64,000 nucleotides of DNA from a virus. This document shows positions 57,510 to 64,000 of this stretch, one piece after another. The notes under the pieces are model-generated. The model did not search any database, was not told the DNA's origin, and worked only from the letters and a program-made list of their open reading frames with translations. The translations under genes were made by a program, and so were the position numbers. The stretch spans positions 1 through 64,000 of the IMG/VR virus record IMGVR_UViG_3300032297_000368. One strand, 5' to 3'. The stretch's first letter is position 1; each line of letters begins with the position of its first letter.

Positions 57510-57914
57510 TTAATACTCTTGTCTTTTCTTACCAATATTGTATTTACTTACCAACTCCCATTCATCCTTTTCTTTGAAAGCAATGATTTTAATTTGGTGT
57601 ACAGGTGCAATCTTATCACCGATAACTTGTGGATTTACAATATCAACCAATTCCCATTCTTCTAACAGTCTTGCAATTGCATTTCTTCTTTCAATATCAT
57701 TGTCTGATATGTTCGAAGGCTTACCATCTAAAGCAAATAATTCTTTGAAGTGTACAATATAATATCTTCCTTGTTTATGTAATATATGGCAAGACTGATA
57801 CAATACTTTCTCTTTTCGTGAAGATACTCCGATTCGGGTTAGTGTCTCACGTACTTTCAAAAAATCATCTTGTTCTACAAGTGTCACCTCGATAAATTTA
57901 CTTAAATCTACCAT
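57510..57914 (-). CDS. regA: translational repressor
   Basis: DFLKVRETLTRIG, LYQSCHILHK, VHFKELF.LDG. Confidence 0.95.
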   Translation of the reverse strand: MVDLSKFIEVTLVEQDDFLKVRETLTRIGVSSRKEKVLYQSCHILHKQGRYYIVHFKELFALDGKPSNISDNDIERRNAIARLLEEWELVDIVNPQVIGDKIAPVHQIKIIAFKEKDEWELVSKYNIGKKRQEY

Positions 57915-57915
57915 A

Positions 57916-58335
57916 CTATTTCCTTAATCCACCGGTGTCGGTTTGTTGTTTTATTTGTTGGATTTGTTCATCATTTAGTAGGCGGAGAGCTTCACGAGCT
58001 TTAAGGTCTGAAAAACCATAGACTTGTTTGATGCAGGATATATCATCATGTTTTTCAGCTTTTACCCACTTCATGAACGGTCTTTTTTGAGACCGTACGG
58101 TATTTAGTAAATAATCATTCTGTAGATTTTTATCTAGATGGTGCCTCTGGTTCATCTCATTTGCGTACATAATACAATCTTTATGGTACGAAAGTGATCG
58201 ATTTACCAGAAACGGTTGATACTCCTTCTCAGTTATATCGTCAACAATTAGATTCTTTTTGCCTTGCAATATCTGGTTAACAAATTCAAACGGACTCATT
58301 TGAACTCCAGATTCACCATCAATTCTGTTAGGCAA
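57916..58335 (-). CDS. clamp loader small subunit (gp62-like); start MSPFEF at 58299
   Basis: PF.VNR.LS, ANEMN; synteny. Confidence 0.9.
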   Translation of the reverse strand: MPNRIDGESGVQMSPFEFVNQILQGKKNLIVDDITEKEYQPFLVNRSLSYHKDCIMYANEMNQRHHLDKNLQNDYLLNTVRSQKRPFMKWVKAEKHDDISCIKQVYGFSDLKAREALRLLNDEQIQQIKQQTDTGGLRK

Positions 58336-59228
58336 GCGACTGTATTGATCTCAGCATCAGCAACAAAAGCATTCTTATACTGATAGTCAGCCAAGATAAC
58401 CACCGCTTGTGGAATAGATTGTGGTTTCAAAGTATCATAAAGATTATCATACAGTTTTCTAAACAAAGTGGCAGCATCAATATCATTACTAGCAACCCAT
58501 TTACGAATTGCACCAAAGTCTTTATCTTTCAAAAACTTCACAATGTCATTGATAGCAACATCACCAATTTGATTTAGAATACCAACATCAATCTTACCAA
58601 ACTGCGAATATCTTTGCAGTTCATTAATGATACGGCGAAAATCTGGAAAATGTTTCTTGATTAATTCAGCAATAACTTTATCATCATACTCAATAGTTTC
58701 ATTAGCCAAAACGGATTGAATTCGTTTGAAGAATTGTCCTGCCATTTGAGCCTTCTCACCATTCTTCAACGTGAAGTCAACGACAGCACATCGTGAATGT
58801 AGAGGTTCAATGATACGATTTTTAAAATTACACGTGAAGATGAATGAGCAGTTACTAGCAAACTCTTCAATAGCATTACGCAATGCTGGTTGTGTAGAAT
58901 TTGGATTTAGATAATCTGCTTCATCGATAATGATAACTTTACGACCACCCATCAAACTCATAGATGATGCATAAGTTTTTATCTTAGTTCTGAATACATC
59001 GATACCAGATTCATCAGAACCATTGATTACCATGTAATCGCAACCTATCTCGTTGCACATGGCTTTGGCGATTGTTGTCTTGCCTACTCCTGCTCCACCA
59101 CTCAGTAGTAGATTTGGAATGTTTTTCTGATTGACGTACTCTTGAAACGGTTGCTTCAAACGGTCTGGAAGAATACAATCCAGAACCGTTTGAGGCCGGT
59201 ACTTCTCTGTCCATAATAAATGTTGCAT
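58296..59228 (-). CDS. clamp loader large subunit (gp44-like)
   Basis: EKYRP, GVGKTT, IDEAD, SRC, PDFR. Confidence 0.95.
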   Translation of the reverse strand: MQHLLWTEKYRPQTVLDCILPDRLKQPFQEYVNQKNIPNLLLSGGAGVGKTTIAKAMCNEIGCDYMVINGSDESGIDVFRTKIKTYASSMSLMGGRKVIIIDEADYLNPNSTQPALRNAIEEFASNCSFIFTCNFKNRIIEPLHSRCAVVDFTLKNGEKAQMAGQFFKRIQSVLANETIEYDDKVIAELIKKHFPDFRRIINELQRYSQFGKIDVGILNQIGDVAINDIVKFLKDKDFGAIRKWVASNDIDAATLFRKLYDNLYDTLKPQSIPQAVVILADYQYKNAFVADAEINTVACLTELMVNLEFK

Positions 59229-59292
59229 AAGAACCTTTCACATAAATCATAATATATTACTATAAGGAATAAAACGAAAATAAAAATATATA

Positions 59293-60300
59293 TTAAACTA
59301 CAATCAAATCTTGTTCACCAGCTTTAACATCTTGAGGTAAAAAACCTACAACTTGCCAAGGAAAAGTTTTGTGTTCTAGATAATATTTCATGACATCTAA
59401 TAAAGCAGTTTCAAGTTTTTGAAAATTATTTACCATCTTATCACGTTTTTCTTTCAAAGGATATTTTTCCGTCGGAGATTTTGTGTGACAAATAAAATAT
59501 GAAGTTGATCCTGTTTCTGAAAACTTTTTAGCTGCGCTCATAATATATTCATACTCATAACCTTCTAACACCGACCAACCAAAAGATTTTCTTTTCTTAT
59601 CGAATTCACCACTAGTAACATAATCAGTTGTTTTCTGAACAAAATTATTAACATCGTGTGGAGTATAAGTGACGGTATCAGAATAAACAGCAACGCCATT
59701 TTTCTGCATGTTACGAACGACATCACGAATTACTTTTGCTTTTGTATTACCATGCATATTTTTACAGTGTGCATCCAAATAATCACGAATACTATCACAA
59801 TTAGGTTCGACAAGTTTAGAATTGTGATCTAAAAGTCTGCAAATAATATTTACAGCATCATCTTCACTTGTTTCTAAATGTGGAGGGTGATCGTTTTCAT
59901 CTAACTGAAGCGTTCTTAGAGAATCTTCATAAGTGGATTTTTCATCACCAGTAATTGCATATACATCGAAAATCCATTTATTGTAATTATTAGCCAACAA
60001 AGCTTCCAATCTATGATTTCCAGCAATTAACTCATATTCGTAAGTATGACCATCTATTAGTTGTACTTTTTCACGAACTATAGGTGGAGACTTAGAATAA
60101 TTTATTCCGTTTCTAAAAGATTCGGTTAATCTCTGAATATTATTATAGTTCTTACCTTTTTTTCTAACAGGATTATCTTTGAGTGGTGGAATGTAAATCT
60201 TGAAAATATCAATAATTGATCTATCAAGATACTTTACGCCGGGGGTGTTGTAGCGTCCAAAGGTTACTTTAGACGGATCGAGGGTGTTAATATCAAACAT
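59293..60300 (-). CDS. ParB/Srx-like domain protein
   Basis: PPIV...YELIAGNHRLEAL...EN motif; AGGAG SD. Confidence 0.6.
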   Translation of the reverse strand: MFDINTLDPSKVTFGRYNTPGVKYLDRSIIDIFKIYIPPLKDNPVRKKGKNYNNIQRLTESFRNGINYSKSPPIVREKVQLIDGHTYEYELIAGNHRLEALLANNYNKWIFDVYAITGDEKSTYEDSLRTLQLDENDHPPHLETSEDDAVNIICRLLDHNSKLVEPNCDSIRDYLDAHCKNMHGNTKAKVIRDVVRNMQKNGVAVYSDTVTYTPHDVNNFVQKTTDYVTSGEFDKKRKSFGWSVLEGYEYEYIMSAAKKFSETGSTSYFICHTKSPTEKYPLKEKRDKMVNNFQKLETALLDVMKYYLEHKTFPWQVVGFLPQDVKAGEQDLIVV

Positions 60301-60411
60301 ATACTTCTCCTATAAAATTCATACTTGGAGATCAAACGTCTACCGTTAAGTATGAAGTGGGTTTAAAATCTCCCACCCAACGTGGGAGATTGTGCTGCAA
60401 AAGATATTTAG

Positions 60412-61107
60412 TTATTTTGCTTTTTCAAACTTTGAACCAACTTCTACAGCAATCCAATACTGTAATGGTTGTTTCTTATTTTTGAAATGAGCAACAGGAA
60501 CTCCGTTGTTTGTGGAGTATTCAACATCATATTCACCAACTAAAACTTTTTGTAACGTTTCTGTTTTAAACATAATACGATACTTGTCTCCGTTACCTTC
60601 ACCAATCTCTAGTGCTTCAGTGCTTGCAGCATCATTCGAGGCATCGAAAGTAACCAACTTGATTTTTTCACCATCAGATTCGATTGAAATGTGAGTGGAA
60701 GATAATACGTTTGCAGCTTTCAATAACAAAGTAAAATCAGTCTCAGTCAAAACAAACTTAACGTCAACGGTAGTTAATTTGATTGAATTTTCTGGTGGTA
60801 CTGTGATGGTTTTAACATCAGCAAAACGATACTTCAGTTTAGAACGACCTTTGTTACCAACAATCATAACATGCTTGTCATCGAATTCAAACGATGAATC
60901 ATCACCATGCAAAGAGATTACTGATAGGAAGTTATTGACATCATGAATACCAAACTCATTAGGAATATCTTCAGTGATTGTGGCTTCTGAAAGGATATTC
61001 TTATGTGCCGATACGGTCTTCAGGGTCTTGCCTTTGCGAAACAGCATACCTTGGTTGATGCTCGCAAAGTTTTTAAGAATGCCTAGTGTTTCATTTGAAA
61101 ATTTCAT
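60412..61107 (-). CDS. sliding clamp (gp45-like)
   Basis: LKNFASINQG, FGI.D...FL, YWIAVE. Confidence 0.93.
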   Translation of the reverse strand: MKFSNETLGILKNFASINQGMLFRKGKTLKTVSAHKNILSEATITEDIPNEFGIHDVNNFLSVISLHGDDSSFEFDDKHVMIVGNKGRSKLKYRFADVKTITVPPENSIKLTTVDVKFVLTETDFTLLLKAANVLSSTHISIESDGEKIKLVTFDASNDAASTEALEIGEGNGDKYRIMFKTETLQKVLVGEYDVEYSTNNGVPVAHFKNKKQPLQYWIAVEVGSKFEKAK

Positions 61108-61122
61108 TTTAAAACCTCATAA

Positions 61123-61485
61123 TTAAGAATTATCAACTACAGAATATAGTATATCATGTTCATACAAAAACATCAAGCAGCAAATTGCATGTGCTAAGTG
61201 ATGTCTTCCTGAATCTGAATCTATTTGTTCACCTTCTTTCCATGCCCACATGTGTCTTTGTGCAGCATCGAAATAACGATTGATAGAATCAGGAACATGT
61301 TTCCAATTTCCTGGTTCATATTTTTCAGCACCAAACGTTAACACATCAGCAGTAGCTTTAAGTGCTAATGGTGGTAAAAGACCATAACGTATTTTACCAC
61401 CATCAAACTTACGACCACCTGTTGTTGCTGTTTGAGATGCCTTGATGCTCTCTTCAATAGAGGCTCTAATAGCATCTCGATCCAT
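61123..61485 (-). CDS. DUF5664-like dATP/dGTP diphosphohydrolase
   Basis: KFDGGK....LLP, FGAEKY...NW, RH, D.DSG..HLAHA.CC. Confidence 0.85.
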   Translation of the reverse strand: MDRDAIRASIEESIKASQTATTGGRKFDGGKIRYGLLPPLALKATADVLTFGAEKYEPGNWKHVPDSINRYFDAAQRHMWAWKEGEQIDSDSGRHHLAHAICCLMFLYEHDILYSVVDNS

Positions 61486-62279
61486 TACAGTCTACCTGTA
61501 AGTTCAGCAACCTTAGGCATGTTACCAGTGAATGCGTAACTACCGATGTGTTGAGTTCTCATCCATGGACACAGATAGATTTGTCCACCAATTTTACGCC
61601 ACCACTGACAGAACATATAATCTTCTGAAAGATAACGGTGTGAAACTGGATCAATCACTGTATCAAAGTAAGCATGAATGTAACGTGAGCCATCAAAGTG
61701 TGCTTGACCAACATGATCTGGTTTATATTGAAGTTCAGGATATGCATCCTTAAACTTAGTAAACACTTCACGTTTAATCATCATGAAGCCTGTACCAATT
61801 TCCATAACTTCTAATGGTTCGCTTACTTGAAACTGTTGAGTGCCATGTACTACGTTGAATACATATTCACCAACTAGATTTTCTAGTTCACGTGCCTCTA
61901 ATTGTGGATGTGTACGTGCTGCATGTGCAATGTTAGCCCAATTGATAGACTTCTTAGGATAAGGAGCGCCAATAACATCCTTATCTAAAGCCATTAAGGC
62001 AACAACGTCTTGTGGATTAAAATGAATATCAGAATCCAAAAACAATAGGTGAGAACAATCTGAACGGAGAAATTCATCGACTAGATAATTTCTTGCTCGT
62101 GTGATTAGTGATTCGTTGAATAGGAAGGAAAACTTTGTTGCTACACCGTATTGGTTTAACATGTTTTGTAAATCTAAGGAAGACTTAGCATACAAACCAT
62201 GGCATTGGCCACCATACATTGGTGTTGCTACAAATAATTTATTTTTTTTCAAGTCATCGATTTTTACTTGTATTTCCAT
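61485..62279 (-). CDS. GT-A fold glycosyltransferase-like protein
   Basis: ATPMYGG, ESLITRARN, FLDSD, GTGFM, SEDY.FC. Confidence 0.8.
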   Translation of the reverse strand: MEIQVKIDDLKKNKLFVATPMYGGQCHGLYAKSSLDLQNMLNQYGVATKFSFLFNESLITRARNYLVDEFLRSDCSHLLFLDSDIHFNPQDVVALMALDKDVIGAPYPKKSINWANIAHAARTHPQLEARELENLVGEYVFNVVHGTQQFQVSEPLEVMEIGTGFMMIKREVFTKFKDAYPELQYKPDHVGQAHFDGSRYIHAYFDTVIDPVSHRYLSEDYMFCQWWRKIGGQIYLCPWMRTQHIGSYAFTGNMPKVAELTGRL

Positions 62280-62290
62280 AATTTACCCAT

Positions 62291-62328
62291 AAAAAAAAGA
62301 GGAGAGATACTATTATATATCTCTCCTC
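62291..62328 (-). terminator. intrinsic terminator
   Basis: GAGGAGAGATA/TATCTCTCCTC stem followed by a T run on the minus strand. Confidence 0.75.
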
Positions 62329-62348
62329 GAGCCTAAAATTTAATTATT

Positions 62349-62621
62349 TTAGGCAAAAGCACTTTCGCCTTTAGCTTTGAGTGCTGCGATACCAGCAGCA
62401 ACTACACGCTTAGAAGGAGTACCTAGGCGATAGTAAGAAACTTTTTCGCCATTTGCATTTACTCGTGTGTTTAAGTAAATAGCATGACCGTCATTGCGAA
62501 GGTCATTGATTGTTGCGGATGGGTTTGAAACACCAAACACGCTTTGCATTTTAGCTGCGGTCAAAGTGTTATAACCATCTTTTTTAGAAAGATACGCAAG
62601 AATTTTAGATTTAACAGACAT
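62349..62621 (-). CDS. winged-HTH DNA-binding protein
   Basis: KILAYL, SATINDLR..G..I, YRLG. Confidence 0.75.
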   Translation of the reverse strand: MSVKSKILAYLSKKDGYNTLTAAKMQSVFGVSNPSATINDLRNDGHAIYLNTRVNANGEKVSYYRLGTPSKRVVAAGIAALKAKGESAFA

Positions 62622-62707
62622 TACAAATACCTCATAAAGTTAAAAAAGTGAATCGCTGCATTTACTACCAGACCGAGATGCGATTCGTTATCTCAGAATA
62701 TAAAACA

Positions 62708-62736
62708 AGTATAATATAATTAATTATCAAAGTCAA
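62708..62736 (-). promoter_or_regulatory. sigma70-type promoter TTGACT-N17-TATACT
   Basis: Hexamers between the CobS terminator and the HTH gene. Confidence 0.6.
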
Positions 62737-62739
62737 TAG

Positions 62740-62768
62740 AAAAAGAGGCAAATAATATTATTTGCCTC
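62740..62768 (-). terminator. intrinsic terminator after CobS-like gene
   Basis: GAGGCAAATA/TATTTGCCTC stem plus T run. Confidence 0.7.
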
Positions 62769-62773
62769 ACTGA

Positions 62774-63976
62774 TTAGAACGGTATTTCTTGACCAACGGT
62801 ATTGTTGGTAACAGTGCTTGCAACCGTATTAGCAGTCTCAACTGAAGCATCCAGTTTAGTGTACAGGTCTAAGAATGATGCCTTAGTGTCCTCATCAAAA
62901 CGATTCAAGCAGTATGAAAGTGCCTTGACACGATCTTTATAGATACCGAATGTACGTGCAATGTGTACCAAACGGCGAGTAGCAATAACCTCATCACAAC
63001 CGCCATCACGGAACGTTTGACGGATAACATCTGCCCATGTAACTAACTTATCGGCAAATTCGTTATCTTCAGCACCAACGGCTTTCAATTCACCACGAAT
63101 GATTTTCTTTTCGACAGCAACTGGCGGCCAATCCTGTTCGAATGTATTCACAAAGCGCTCTAAGAATGCTTCATTCAATACGTTAGTAAACATGAAACGA
63201 CCATCTTCAGAACCTTTACCTTTAGTATTAGCAGTGGCGAAGATTGTAAAACCTGCAGCAGGTGTTACCAATTCGTTTTTCTTTTTGAGTAAGAAAGGTT
63301 TGCCTTCTAATACACGCTGTAAACAGGAAAGATTCTGAGCACCATAATCAATCTCATCAATACATAAGACCGCACCTTCACGTGCTGCTACAGTAACGGG
63401 GCCATCACGCCATTCCATCTGGCCGTTAATCAACACAAAGTTACCTAACAGATCAGATTCATCAGATTCGGGTGTCATTGATACGCAAATAAATTTACGT
63501 TTTAATTTAGCACAAGCCTGTTCGATTGACATTGTTTTACCGTTACCAGATTGACCAGTAACGAAAACAGGAAAGAATTGATTCGATTGAATGATATTAA
63601 CCACATCATCAAAGTTACCAAAAGGTACATAATTCTTGTAAACTTTAGGAACTAAATCGGTTGCTTCTAAATCGGTAGTGATATTAGAAATACGATTACC
63701 AGATTTTTCGGTCATAGGAATTACCTTTGCTACAGAAGCAGATAGTGCCGCAATTTGCAATTCATCATTCGAAGCTACAGCTTTAAAATCTGAACCTGTT
63801 TTATAAACGCCACGAGAAATTTTATTAGCCTCGTCATTAATATACCAATAAGGTATAGCCAAATTGTTATCAGCACATAAGTCTTTAATTTCGGCAAGTT
63901 TAATTTCTGGTTGGCCGAATGTTGTCAAAAGATCAATAAACTTTTGACGCTTTGCAGAATTACTCATAATATACAC
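62774..63976 (-). CDS. CobS/MoxR-type AAA ATPase of T4-like phages
   Basis: GQSGNGKT, IDEID, ATANTKG.G, NEAFLERF, TRRL. Confidence 0.9.
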   Translation of the reverse strand: MYIMSNSAKRQKFIDLLTTFGQPEIKLAEIKDLCADNNLAIPYWYINDEANKISRGVYKTGSDFKAVASNDELQIAALSASVAKVIPMTEKSGNRISNITTDLEATDLVPKVYKNYVPFGNFDDVVNIIQSNQFFPVFVTGQSGNGKTMSIEQACAKLKRKFICVSMTPESDESDLLGNFVLINGQMEWRDGPVTVAAREGAVLCIDEIDYGAQNLSCLQRVLEGKPFLLKKKNELVTPAAGFTIFATANTKGKGSEDGRFMFTNVLNEAFLERFVNTFEQDWPPVAVEKKIIRGELKAVGAEDNEFADKLVTWADVIRQTFRDGGCDEVIATRRLVHIARTFGIYKDRVKALSYCLNRFDEDTKASFLDLYTKLDASVETANTVASTVTNNTVGQEIPF

Positions 63977-64000
63977 TCCATGTCACTATCAATACTACCA

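Noticed and set aside
61123-61485. Z-genome (2-aminoadenine) phage inferred from DUF5664
   Set aside because: No purZ or datZ in the window; DUF5664 alone is insufficient.
7216-63338. Many plus-strand ORFs of 60-140 aa in the track
   Set aside because: They are antisense shadows of well-supported minus-strand genes, with no SD or recognisable motifs.
62774-63976. Cobalamin biosynthesis gene
   Set aside because: CobS-like AAA ATPases are common in T4-like phages without cobN or other cob genes; more likely a chaperone-type ATPase.
1-64000. Stop-codon reassignment
   Set aside because: Core genes are full length under the standard code and TAA, TGA and TAG all end genes.

Overview
This 64-kb window comes from a large, AT-rich T4-like (myovirus-type) dsDNA bacteriophage; almost all genes are on the minus strand. 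Right to left: (1) a T4-type replication block (CobS/MoxR AAA ATPase, gp45, gp44, gp62, regA, hsp20, dCMP deaminase, GH19 endolysin, gp43, uvsX, gp41). (2) A DruA/DUF4338-like gene, then a late-promoter operon with a PD-(D/E)xK-like nuclease, a ligase-like KxDG protein, ErpA and a HAD phosphatase. (3) A 7-gene sugar-modification island. (4) A cytidylyltransferase-kinase fusion and modular internal-head-like proteins. (5) Spanins, LamG/Gly-rich fibre proteins and a holin. (6) gp61, thyX, nrdA/trx/nrdB. (7) An envelope/phosphate accessory block (outer-membrane beta-barrel, PlcP-like phosphoesterase, GT2, secreted nuclease, phasin-like protein, 5'-nucleotidase, S11 peptidase). (8) 2OG-Fe(II) oxygenases, rubredoxin and tRNA-Thr(UGU). 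(9) Small early genes behind repeated sigma70-type promoters. The host is probably a Gram-negative proteobacterium (inference from spanins, OMP, lipoproteins, ErpA). The most notable candidate system is a set of late proteins with T4-type capsid-targeting N-termini that together supply ligase-like, PNK-like kinase, HAD phosphatase and nucleotidyltransferase domains, i.e. a possible virion-delivered nucleic-acid repair/counter-defence kit. Other highlights: a PlcP+GT lipid-remodelling/P-scavenging module, a DruA-like + nuclease pair, an overprinted gene, a ROSE-like thermometer on hsp20 and a phasin-like gene with a PhaR-like box. All family calls come from motif recognition by eye, not database searches.
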